This document shows positions 9,014 to 17,506 of a stretch of 63,165 bases of DNA, piece by piece (within the stretch, counting starts at the first letter, position 1; each line of letters begins with the position of its first letter). The notes beneath the pieces are model-generated. The model saw only the letters and a program-made list of their open reading frames with translations, was not told the DNA's origin and did no database searches. The position numbers and the translations under genes are program-made. The DNA comes from an uncultured Candidatus Saccharibacteria bacterium (GTDB taxonomy: Bacteria > Patescibacteriota > Minisyncoccia > Phycocordibacterales > PALSA-1337). The stretch lies in contig CAZQUI010000004.1 in the NCBI GenBank assembly GCA_964596595.1, forward strand, positions 1 to 63,165, written 5' to 3'.

Positions 9014-9460
9014 CTACCGATCTCTAAATTCCCTCCTCACATTTCTATCGGTCTCTCTCTTTTTTATCGTTTCACGTTTATCGTATTGTTTTTTACCTTT
9101 CGCAATACCGAGTTTAACCTTAATGTGATTACCTTTATTATATATTGAAATAGGCACTATTGTCAAACCTTTATCACCTTCCACAGAAGATAGTTCTGCT
9201 ATTTCTTTTTTATTAAGCAATAATTTACGATTACGTCTACCCTCATAACCATCTGGAATATTATTTTCTTGATAAGGCGGAATAAAACTATTTACCAAAA
9301 AAGCTTCGCCTCCACGAACAATAACATAAGAAGCATCTAGAGATCCTTGACCTTTCTTCAATGATTTTACTTCGTGACCAAAAAGCTCGATACCGGCTTC
9401 GAGCGTGTCCCCTATTTCATAGTTAAAATAGGCTTTTTTATTGTCTACCAAATTTACCAT
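9014..9460 (-). CDS. smpB: SsrA-binding protein SmpB
   Basis: NKKAYFNY, EAGIEL.G.EVKSL, RKLLL.KKEI, GKKQYDKRE. Confidence 0.98.
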   Translation of the reverse strand: MVNLVDNKKAYFNYEIGDTLEAGIELFGHEVKSLKKGQGSLDASYVIVRGGEAFLVNSFIPPYQENNIPDGYEGRRNRKLLLNKKEIAELSSVEGDKGLTIVPISIYNKGNHIKVKLGIAKGKKQYDKRETIKKRETDRNVRREFRDR

Positions 9461-9524
9461 ATAAATATCCTATCACATTCTTTCCTTCTTACATCTTTCA
9501 TTATTTGCTTATATACTTATCTCT

Positions 9525-10613
9525 ATGAATGAAAAACACCCCACATCTTGGACTCTTTTTGCTTCAAATGACGAAGCACATAAAGCCATGTTAGAAGATT
9601 GCAGTAAAGCTCAAAAAAGTATAGTTCTGGAACAATTTATCTTTATTGATGACGAACTCGGTAGAAAATTTATCAATGTTTGCAGCGAAAGAGCTCAAGC
9701 TGGAGTTGAAGTTCGTTTTCTTTGGGATGCAGCAGGCAGTTTTACTTTTTTTGGTTCAAGCATTGTTCAAGAATTAAAAGAAAAAAATGTTCAACTCCTT
9801 TTTTGGAAAACTTTAATCCCTAGTTATTTCAAAGTACCGAACTATCGATCTTGGTTTTTAAGAAACCATCGTAGAACCTTGGTTATTGATCAGAAGATTG
9901 GCTATACCGGTAGCATGGCTGTTTATGAGGAAATGAAAAATTGGCGAGATACAAACGTAAGAGTTACCGGACCTGTGGTACAAGAAATGCAAAACGCCTT
10001 TGAAAGAATGTGGACACGGGCTCGAGGTGTAAAACATTTACCAACCCGTGTTGATGCCAGAGATCCAGAATTCAGCTACATGACTAACCATCCTGCCCCC
10101 GGCAGACGTCAATTATATACAACTGTTATTGAAGCTATTCGCAATGCAAAATCTTATATCTATATTACTACCCCATATTTTGTACCAACACATAGATTAT
10201 TAAGAGTGATAAAATTAGCCGCCCTAAGAAACGTAGATATCAAAATTATTATTCCAGAAAAAACAGATCACTACCCAACTTTAGACTTAGCAGCTCGTTC
10301 ATATTTCACTACTCTCTTACAATCAGGAGTTAAAATATTTCTCTACAAAGGAAATCTGATACATAGTAAAACAATAATAATAGATGGTCACTGGTCAACC
10401 GTTGGTTCACTTAACTTAGACAGTGTCAGTTTACTCTATAACTACGAAGCTAACATTGTAACTAGCAACAATCGCTTTACCGAAGAACTATCTTCACATT
10501 TTGTCCACGATCTTCAAGATTGCGAAGAAGTCACATGGGCAGAATGGAAAAATAGACTTTTTGTAGAAAAAATACCTGAAATCTTAATAAGATTAATAAG
10601 AAATTTTTTGTAA
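9525..10613 (+). CDS. cls: cardiolipin synthase-like phospholipase D protein
   Basis: Two PLD motifs: NHRRTLVID (K to R variant) and IHSKTIIID; TPYFVP; GSLNLD. Confidence 0.85.
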   Translation: MNEKHPTSWTLFASNDEAHKAMLEDCSKAQKSIVLEQFIFIDDELGRKFINVCSERAQAGVEVRFLWDAAGSFTFFGSSIVQELKEKNVQLLFWKTLIPSYFKVPNYRSWFLRNHRRTLVIDQKIGYTGSMAVYEEMKNWRDTNVRVTGPVVQEMQNAFERMWTRARGVKHLPTRVDARDPEFSYMTNHPAPGRRQLYTTVIEAIRNAKSYIYITTPYFVPTHRLLRVIKLAALRNVDIKIIIPEKTDHYPTLDLAARSYFTTLLQSGVKIFLYKGNLIHSKTIIIDGHWSTVGSLNLDSVSLLYNYEANIVTSNNRFTEELSSHFVHDLQDCEEVTWAEWKNRLFVEKIPEILIRLIRNFL

Positions 10614-10655
10614 TATACACATTCTTCTATTCGAAAGAAAACTCACTAGTAACTC

Positions 10656-10684
10656 TTGCATAACAGCACGTATCATGCTATAAA
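10656..10684 (+). promoter_or_regulatory. sigma70 promoter of infC-rpmI-rplT
   Basis: TTGCAT, 17-nt spacer, TATAAA with TGn extension. Confidence 0.7.
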
Positions 10685-10701
10685 TAAGCCTCTGTAATCC
10701 C

Positions 10702-11208
10702 TTGATCAAAGTACGCATCAATCACCAAATAAAGGCGCCCGAATTACGCGTTATAACCGAGTCAGGCGAAAATCTTGGAGTGCTTACTATTGATAAAGCG
10801 CTTGCTGTGGCACGTGAGCGAGAACTCGATCTAATCGAAATCTCCCCACTAGCAGTCCCGCCAGTTGCGAAGATTATGGATTATGGTAAGTATCAGTACG
10901 ATGAAAAAAAGAAAGAAAAGAGTGCCAAAGCCCGTTCTCAGACAACTGAAATAAAAAGTATCCAAGTAAAAATTGGTACTGGGGAACACGACCTAGAGCT
11001 TAAAGCCAAAAAAGTTTCAGAATGGCTTGGAGCTGGAGATCGTGTCAAAATTGACCTCTTTCTTATAGGTCGTTCAAAATATATGGATTTCAATTTCCTT
11101 AAAGAACGCCTCGAAAGAATTCTCAAACTGATCACCGTAGAATACAAAGTCGCTCAAGCACCTCTAAAAGGACCAAAGGGATTAACCACAATTATAGAGA
11201 AGAAATAA
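10702..11208 (+). CDS. infC: translation initiation factor IF-3 (non-ATG start: TTG 10702 or ATC 10705)
   Basis: RINHQIKAPELRVI, LDLIEISP.A.PPVAKIMDYGKY; no in-frame ATG after the upstream TAA. Confidence 0.97.
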   Translation: MIKVRINHQIKAPELRVITESGENLGVLTIDKALAVARERELDLIEISPLAVPPVAKIMDYGKYQYDEKKKEKSAKARSQTTEIKSIQVKIGTGEHDLELKAKKVSEWLGAGDRVKIDLFLIGRSKYMDFNFLKERLERILKLITVEYKVAQAPLKGPKGLTTIIEKK

Positions 11209-11253
11209 CACCAACTTTTTCCATTTTGATATTTTCATTTTAAATTTCCTACC

Positions 11254-11445
11254 ATGTCAATAAAAACCAACAAATCATATCTAAAACGTTTCAAGATCAC
11301 CAAGAATGGAAAAATTCTTGCACGAAAAGCTGGTCAAAACCATTTCAATGCCAAAGAAAACAGTGGTACTCGTTCCAAAAAAGGTCGCATGACCACTATC
11401 CTCATGGACAACAAGGCACGTAGTAGATTTTTAGCAAATCAATAA
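11254..11445 (+). CDS. rpmI: 50S ribosomal protein L35
   Basis: KTNKSYLKRFKITKNGK; position between infC and rplT. Confidence 0.95.
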   Translation: MSIKTNKSYLKRFKITKNGKILARKAGQNHFNAKENSGTRSKKGRMTTILMDNKARSRFLANQ

Positions 11446-11454
11446 ATAAAATTT

Positions 11455-11799
11455 ATGACAAGAGTAAAAAAAGGAGTAAATGCATTAAAAAATCGTCGAT
11501 CAATCCTTAAACGCGCTAAAGGATTCCGTTTTCGTCGCTCAAAAACAGAACGTGCTGCCAACGATGCACTTGTGCATGCTGGTGCATACGCTTTCGCTCA
11601 TCGTCGCGACAAAAAAGGAGACTTCCGTCGTCTTTGGAATGTTAAGATCAATGCTGCTTTACGTCCACTAGGTTTTTCTTATAGTAAGTGGATAGGTGAA
11701 GCAAAGAAGAAAGGTATTTCTCTAGATCGAAAAACACTAGCTTATTTGGCAGAATTTAAGCCAGAAACATTCAAAAAAGTAGTTGCTACTATAAAATAA
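11455..11799 (+). CDS. rplT: 50S ribosomal protein L20
   Basis: MTRVKKG, AKGFR, RRDKKGDFRRLW..KINAA, LDRKTLA. Confidence 0.98.
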   Translation: MTRVKKGVNALKNRRSILKRAKGFRFRRSKTERAANDALVHAGAYAFAHRRDKKGDFRRLWNVKINAALRPLGFSYSKWIGEAKKKGISLDRKTLAYLAEFKPETFKKVVATIK

Positions 11800-11801
11800 A
11801 T

Positions 11802-11831
11802 AAAAAACCGAGAATTAGTTCTCGGTTTTTT
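11802..11831. terminator. bidirectional intrinsic terminator
   Basis: aaaaaaccgaga-attagt-tctcggtttttt between convergent rplT and the MBL gene. Confidence 0.85.
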
Positions 11832-13200
11832 ATTCTAATTCATAACCTTTTGATCTTTCAGGGACGATCGACTCTTTTCCAAATTCATCGTTGAGCCTTT
11901 GAGCCAAATGCATAGAAGCACCCGGTTCACCCATAACCACAAATATTTTTTTTAATTTATCTCCAGCAGTAGAAACAAATTCTACCAAATGATCACTATC
12001 TTTATGAGCAGAATAGCCATAGAGTGTTTCTATACGAGCTTCAATTTTTATTTCCCTACCTCGAATATTTACTTTTTTGGTACCATCAACCAGTTTACGT
12101 CCAAATGATCCAACTGACTGATAACCAACCAAGAGTATTGTACTGTTTGGGTCTGGAAGATATTTTTCTTCATGAGCGATAACTCGACCACCAACCGACA
12201 TTCCTGATCCAGCCAAAATAATTTTAGCTCCTTTAACATTTTCAATGCCCCGAGATTCATTGTTAGACACTGTGTATTTTAATTTTGGAAAATTAAACAC
12301 ATCATCACCTTTTTGTATTTGTTGTTTTACCGTGTCATTAAAAAGTCTGATGCTTTTACGATAGACTTCTGTTGCACCGATAGCCATTGGTGAATCTACA
12401 TAAACTGGCACCGACGGTATTATATTTTTTTCGACCATGTTATTTAATTCATATAATAAAACCTGAGTACGATCGATAGAAAAAGCAGGAATAATCAATG
12501 TACCACCACGATGTATGGTATCTTTTATAACTTTCTCCAAAAATTGAGTTCTCTGTTCTCTGGATTCATGATTACGATCCCCATAAACACTTTCTATAAC
12601 CAAGTAATCAACATCACCAATATTTTCAGAATCACGAAGAAGCGGCGCTGGTGAATTTCCTAAATCACCGGTAAAAAGAATTTTGGTGGATCCTGAAATT
12701 GTAACTTCAATCATTGCTGAACCAAGAATATGTCCAGCATCTTTAAAGATAACTGACAGATCATCATTTATAGGAAAACTTTGATTATAATCCACGGTCT
12801 TCCAGTTGTTAAAAACCACTTGAACATCTTCTATCCCATACAATGGTTCTACTCCTTCTTGTTTGGCCTCCATTGATAAAATAGATACCGCATCTATTAG
12901 TACTAACTCAGCTAATTGTCTAGTTTCTGGAGTTGAGTATAGTGTCCCTCTATATCCATCTTTAACTAACTTTGGTATCCGACCTACATGATCCAAGTGA
13001 GCATGAGTAATTATCAATGCGTCAATATTAGAGATTTCATAACCAAACGGTTGATGATTTTCTTCCATTGCAACGCGCTCACCTTGAACCAAACCACAAT
13101 CAATGAGAATGCGAGTATTATTTTTTGTTTGTAATAAAAAATTAGCACCCGTTACAGAACCAACTCCAGAATAAAATGTAACCGTTGCAGCAGATTTCAT
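11830..13200 (-). CDS. MBL-fold beta-CASP metallo-hydrolase (RNA-processing, Ysh1-like)
   Basis: LIDCG, ITHAHLDHVGR, AGHILGS, FTGDLG, ESVYG, YSAHKD. Confidence 0.92.
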   Translation of the reverse strand: MKSAATVTFYSGVGSVTGANFLLQTKNNTRILIDCGLVQGERVAMEENHQPFGYEISNIDALIITHAHLDHVGRIPKLVKDGYRGTLYSTPETRQLAELVLIDAVSILSMEAKQEGVEPLYGIEDVQVVFNNWKTVDYNQSFPINDDLSVIFKDAGHILGSAMIEVTISGSTKILFTGDLGNSPAPLLRDSENIGDVDYLVIESVYGDRNHESREQRTQFLEKVIKDTIHRGGTLIIPAFSIDRTQVLLYELNNMVEKNIIPSVPVYVDSPMAIGATEVYRKSIRLFNDTVKQQIQKGDDVFNFPKLKYTVSNNESRGIENVKGAKIILAGSGMSVGGRVIAHEEKYLPDPNSTILLVGYQSVGSFGRKLVDGTKKVNIRGREIKIEARIETLYGYSAHKDSDHLVEFVSTAGDKLKKIFVVMGEPGASMHLAQRLNDEFGKESIVPERSKGYELE

Positions 13201-13204
13201 CTTC

Positions 13205-13624
13205 TTATTTTATCTTGCCTTGAGTCAAATTCCTAACAAGAGAAGACCTGGTACTCTTTTTTAATTTTCCATAAATAAATCGAGCAATTGTTCCTCCTAT
13301 CATGTCGTTTATAAGATCAGCAATTGTATCGATATTATATTCAACAGTACCCAGTGGATGACCGGTTATATCATAGTAAAGTTCTATACCCTCCCAAATA
13401 AGACCAAAAACTAGCGTAAGAAAAATAACTTGTAAATAATTTATTTTTTTATTTGGAAAAAGAATATTTAAGCAAATACAAACAAAAAAACCAGTAGCCA
13501 CTCCACCTAGAATATGCATAAAAATATCATACCACCAAATCTGAACATACCAACCATCTAATCCAAATAAATTAAATCTATACGTCGCAGAAGCAGCAAC
13601 CAAAGCCAGGATGTATATGCGCAT
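13205..13624 (-). CDS. integral membrane protein with WYDIFMHILGG and WEGIE motifs (VanZ/DUF2238-like)
   Basis: Hydrophobic helices; start moved to ATG 13624 because TATAAT (13632-13637) lies 7 nt upstream. Confidence 0.7.
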   Translation of the reverse strand: MRIYILALVAASATYRFNLFGLDGWYVQIWWYDIFMHILGGVATGFFVCICLNILFPNKKINYLQVIFLTLVFGLIWEGIELYYDITGHPLGTVEYNIDTIADLINDMIGGTIARFIYGKLKKSTRSSLVRNLTQGKIK

Positions 13625-13658
13625 GAGCATGATTATAACGACAAATTGAAACAAAGAA

Positions 13659-13705
13659 AATACCCCGAACAAATCAGACCTTGAAAGGACGACTCGAGGG
13701 GTATT
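13659..13705 (-). terminator. intrinsic terminator after the candidate ncRNA
   Basis: AATACCCC...GGGGTATT stem followed by TTCTTTGTTT on the minus strand. Confidence 0.6.
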
Positions 13706-13710
13706 CTCTA

Positions 13711-13862
13711 TAGGTTTGCAGGAGTTGTAACCTGTTATTACAGGTGGGATACTTCAAGTCCAACTTCTAGACGGTGCTTGAAACGGACTAATCTGAACAG
13801 CATAACCTGTTCCTTAGAATCCCTTAAAATTGGTTTTATAGTTTTTTTACTCCTGCAACCTA
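13711..13862 (-). ncRNA. candidate structured ncRNA (6S-like architecture)
   Basis: Closing stem TAGGTTGCAGGAGT/ACTCCTGCAAACCTA, A-rich 5' single strand, 3' ACCTGT-AATA-ACAGGT hairpin, inner GGGAT/ATCCC and AGTCC/GGACT stems; no ORF. Confidence 0.5.
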
Positions 13863-13963
13863 CATATAATAATAAACCTAATAAATCCTAAAACAAGAGG
13901 ATAAAAATGTTCTGACATTTTTTTGCAGATTAATCAAAAATATTACAAAATATTTTTTAAAAA

Positions 13964-14575
13964 TTAACCTAAAATTCCGTTTATATCTACATCGTACAAC
14001 ATAGCATCAACCAAAAGTCTGTAATCAACTAACTCATTTTTATTAAACCAATATTCAATTTCTTTTTTAGCATCATCAATGTTTCCGGAAGCATGAACAA
14101 TATTACGAACTGCACGCACATCGTCATCGGCAAGTTTATATGAATCTAAAACAAAATCACCACGTATTGTACCCACATCCGACAATACTGGTTCAGTCGA
14201 TCCTGTAATCTTACGGACAACGGAGACAGCATGCGCTCCTTGCCACACCATGGCAATAACTGGTCCAGAAGCAAAATATTTTTTAAGTTTCATGAGGATC
14301 ATGTCAGACTGCTTTATTGGATCATCATGAGGTGGTGTAAGACCTTTATCACGGTAGGCTTGCAGATTTTTCTCACCAGTTTTTCTTTTCCATTCAGGAT
14401 CAAGCGTATAATGTGCTTCCACCATTTCCTGAGTAGGTGTGATCATTTTAATTCCAACCAGTTTCAATCCAACTCGTTCATAACGACGAATTATTTCTCC
14501 GATTAGACCTCTCTGTATACCATCGGGTTTTATTATAACTAACGTTTGTTCGTATTTTGGGTGTTTTATGCTCAT
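13964..14575 (-). CDS. ndk: nucleoside diphosphate kinase
   Basis: TLVIIKPDG, SGPVIAMVW, GTIRGDF, RNIVHAS. Confidence 0.96.
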   Translation of the reverse strand: MSIKHPKYEQTLVIIKPDGIQRGLIGEIIRRYERVGLKLVGIKMITPTQEMVEAHYTLDPEWKRKTGEKNLQAYRDKGLTPPHDDPIKQSDMILMKLKKYFASGPVIAMVWQGAHAVSVVRKITGSTEPVLSDVGTIRGDFVLDSYKLADDDVRAVRNIVHASGNIDDAKKEIEYWFNKNELVDYRLLVDAMLYDVDINGILG

Positions 14576-14576
14576 T

Positions 14577-16010
14577 TTAATTGTTCAAATAATACACATT
14601 CTTGCGATAATCCTTATTCTGATCAGAATTTGGAAAAATGATTTTACCATCTTTAAAATAAACTGCGTCAGAATAAATAATATCATTGGTAAGTGTAGGA
14701 TTTTCTAACTTTTTATTTTCTGTTTCATAATCTGAATCACCTTTACAGGCACTAGCTTCTTGTTTTCCTATAACACTCTTCTGATCAATACTTATGATGT
14801 CTGTATGACTCCAAAAACAACCAGCATCACCCTCAGCCCAACGTAAATATATGTTATTTTGCATTTCATCAAAACCGACTATATCTCTAGCATCAATATT
14901 AGAAATAATAGAATTTAAACTAAAATTATCCATGTTATATTTCATTAGCTCAACATTACATTTAGCGAGATAATTATTACAATTATTTCCATACAAAAAA
15001 TAGATATCTTTGTTTTCAACAAAAAAATCATTTATTTTAGGTATACCTGCAGTATTTTCAATTTTTCCATCTCCGGTATCTAATAAAACAAGATTCCCTA
15101 AAGATAACGTATTTACTTCATCCGTCACAGGATCAAAAACATTCAAGGCTCCTAGCCTATCAATAAAATATATTTTTCCTCTATGAACTACCAGCTTTGA
15201 ACTTCCCCAGTATGGAGATACGGAAAGATTAACCAAATAAGATTTTTCTGCTCCTTCAAAAATTACTCTTGTGTCTTTATAATCAGATAATATCATTTTT
15301 CCATCTGACAAATCGCCTATTTTATAACCATTTTGACCAACAAGTTTTCCCTTAAAGTAAATATGTTTATCATCTCCCGAATATCCTTCACTACTTATTA
15401 TTTTGAATGTAACAGGATCAGCATTTTGTATAGGAATTCCGTTATAGTAAACCCTGTTTTTATCTTTAGCATATAAAGAATCGCTTCCTTGAGTATCAAA
15501 TCTAGTAAATGTTTGAGGATCAGCTCCAATTAGAATTTCACAGTTAACATAAACATAGTTTGCATCAAACGCATACAATGCAGACCATCTATTAACTTTA
15601 AATGTTAGCGAGGATATATCTGGTCTAAAAATTTCATTGCAGTACACACCATTTTTATCTAAAGCGTATGAATATTTATCACCATCTGAGCTAGCTATAA
15701 CTTTAAAAGTATGAGAATCTGCCCCAATAACTTCTTTAACGAGATTTTCTTGTCGATTAACTACGAAGAATATTTTATTAGAAATTTGGTCACGTCTATA
15801 CATTGTTGCCCAAAATTGATCATCGTCATTAGATTTACTGCTATTAACTATTTCTTCAGAATAAATAATTTCTGCTATTGGAATTTCTAAAGGATTTTGT
15901 TTAGAAAATAGGAGTTTATTAAGGCCAATAGTAATACCTAATAATAATATTAAAATAATAATTGAAAAAAGAGTTTTTCTAGCTACAATAATTTTATGAT
16001 CTTTATCCAT
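14577..16010 (-). CDS. membrane-anchored DKNYY-repeat protein
   Basis: N-terminal TM; repeats YALDKNGVY, YAFDANYVY, YAKDKNRVYY, YSGDDKHIY with GADPQTF/NADPVTF. Confidence 0.85.
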   Translation of the reverse strand: MDKDHKIIVARKTLFSIIILILLLGITIGLNKLLFSKQNPLEIPIAEIIYSEEIVNSSKSNDDDQFWATMYRRDQISNKIFFVVNRQENLVKEVIGADSHTFKVIASSDGDKYSYALDKNGVYCNEIFRPDISSLTFKVNRWSALYAFDANYVYVNCEILIGADPQTFTRFDTQGSDSLYAKDKNRVYYNGIPIQNADPVTFKIISSEGYSGDDKHIYFKGKLVGQNGYKIGDLSDGKMILSDYKDTRVIFEGAEKSYLVNLSVSPYWGSSKLVVHRGKIYFIDRLGALNVFDPVTDEVNTLSLGNLVLLDTGDGKIENTAGIPKINDFFVENKDIYFLYGNNCNNYLAKCNVELMKYNMDNFSLNSIISNIDARDIVGFDEMQNNIYLRWAEGDAGCFWSHTDIISIDQKSVIGKQEASACKGDSDYETENKKLENPTLTNDIIYSDAVYFKDGKIIFPNSDQNKDYRKNVYYLNN

Positions 16011-16057
16011 GAAACAATAGTAGCAAGTATGCTGAGTTTCAGCTAGGTTCTAGCTTA

Positions 16058-16825
16058 CTACAGAGTCAAAATCTCAGCCCCTTTCTTGGTAATAACAATC
16101 GTATGCTCAAAATGAGCCGAAGGTTTTCCGTCAGCGGTACGATACGTATGACCATCTTTATCAAGATATATTCTTTTGGTTCCCATATTAAACATAGGTT
16201 CAATTGCCAACACCATTCCCGTCTTTAAAAGTTCACCACTTCCAGCTTTACCATAATTTGGCACATAAGGATCTTCGTGAACACTATACCCTACTCCGTG
16301 ACCAGCGAGCTCTTCAACTATTCCGTACCCATTAGCTTTGCCAATCTTTTCTATAACACTACTAATATCTCCAACATGACCACCATTTTTTGCAGCTTTA
16401 ATACCAAGATCTAAAGCATGTTTAGTATTAGCAAGTAATCTTTCCAGATCAGAACTTATCTTTCCTACTCCAACCGTCACTGCCATATCAGTATACATAC
16501 CTTCGTGAATAAGACCGAGATCAAGACTGACAATATCTCCTTCTTTCAAAACTTTATCTTTTTCATTTGGTATACCATGCACAATTTCATCGTTTACAGA
16601 TACACACAAAGATGCAGGGTAAGGACGCTTGGCACCATAGGGTTGATAGTTTAAAAATGCCGCCTTGTCTCCCCCTTCAGTAATTAAACGATGAGCATAT
16701 TCATCCAACTCTGCCGCTGTTACACCTGGTTTAACCATAGATACTAATTTACGCAATATCGTAGCGTGACGTTTACCACCCTCTCTCAAGATAAGAATTT
16801 CTTTAGAAGTTTTAAGAGTGATCAT
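16058..16825 (-). CDS. map: type I methionine aminopeptidase
   Basis: SVNDEIVHGIP, GDIVSLDLG, TDMAVT, GHGVG, LAIEPM, SAHFEHT. Confidence 0.98.
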   Translation of the reverse strand: MITLKTSKEILILREGGKRHATILRKLVSMVKPGVTAAELDEYAHRLITEGGDKAAFLNYQPYGAKRPYPASLCVSVNDEIVHGIPNEKDKVLKEGDIVSLDLGLIHEGMYTDMAVTVGVGKISSDLERLLANTKHALDLGIKAAKNGGHVGDISSVIEKIGKANGYGIVEELAGHGVGYSVHEDPYVPNYGKAGSGELLKTGMVLAIEPMFNMGTKRIYLDKDGHTYRTADGKPSAHFEHTIVITKKGAEILTL

Positions 16826-16832
16826 AAGAAAA

Positions 16833-17435
16833 TTAACTTAGTTCAAGTTTTTTAACAATCTCATTATGTACTTCTTCGATACTTAAACGACCATTTATAT
16901 CCAAAAAAATAACATTTGGATTATTTCTATACCATTCGATAGTTGGCTGAACATCTCGTTCAAAAGCGATTCTTCTAATCTCTAACGAAACCGGATTATC
17001 ATCATTCCTACCGCTATTTTTTGCACGAAGAGCTATTCTCTGTGAAGAATGTTCATGCTCAATATCTAAATAGATAACATACGGTTTTTGTAAATTATAG
17101 AAAGGAAAAACCGAATCTAAAATTTTTGCCTCCAATAATTTACGTGGTGTACCATCAAAAATAAGATGTTCTTGGCCGGTGTAATTTTTTGCTAAAAATT
17201 CTGCCCACATATATATCGGCATAAACTCTGGCATCAAATCACCTTTATATATAATATCTTTAGCTAAACTTATGGTATAACTTTCACCTTTTAGGAATTT
17301 TCTAAATTCCTCACCAGTTTCTACATGGATAACATTTTGATTATCAATACTCTTTAGTTTTTGTTCTAAAAGTTTTGCTTGTGTTCCTTTTCCTGCTCCG
17401 CCGCGTCCAATAAATATGAATGATTTAGGGCTCAT
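16833..17435 (-). CDS. adk: adenylate kinase (short LID)
   Basis: GRGGAGKGTQ P-loop, FDGTPR, position secY-adk-map. Confidence 0.9.
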   Translation of the reverse strand: MSPKSFIFIGRGGAGKGTQAKLLEQKLKSIDNQNVIHVETGEEFRKFLKGESYTISLAKDIIYKGDLMPEFMPIYMWAEFLAKNYTGQEHLIFDGTPRKLLEAKILDSVFPFYNLQKPYVIYLDIEHEHSSQRIALRAKNSGRNDDNPVSLEIRRIAFERDVQPTIEWYRNNPNVIFLDINGRLSIEEVHNEIVKKLELS

Positions 17436-17459
17436 AAAAGCATTATATAGCCAAGAATT

Positions 17460-17488
17460 AAAATCTCCAAGTTTGACTTGGAGATTTT
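17460..17488 (-). terminator. terminator after secY
   Basis: aaaatctccaagt-ttg-acttggagatttt perfect hairpin. Confidence 0.8.
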
Positions 17489-17506
17489 AAAGAATTTAAT
17501 ACTAGA

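Noticed and set aside
8439-9128. ORFs 8439-8675, 8450-8710 and 8913-9128
   Set aside because: Antisense to tmRNA, its terminator and smpB; no protein features
13655-13862. RNase P RNA or SRP RNA identity for the structured element
   Set aside because: No GAGGAAAGUCC P4 signature and no SRP GGAA-tetraloop/CAGG-AGCA motif found
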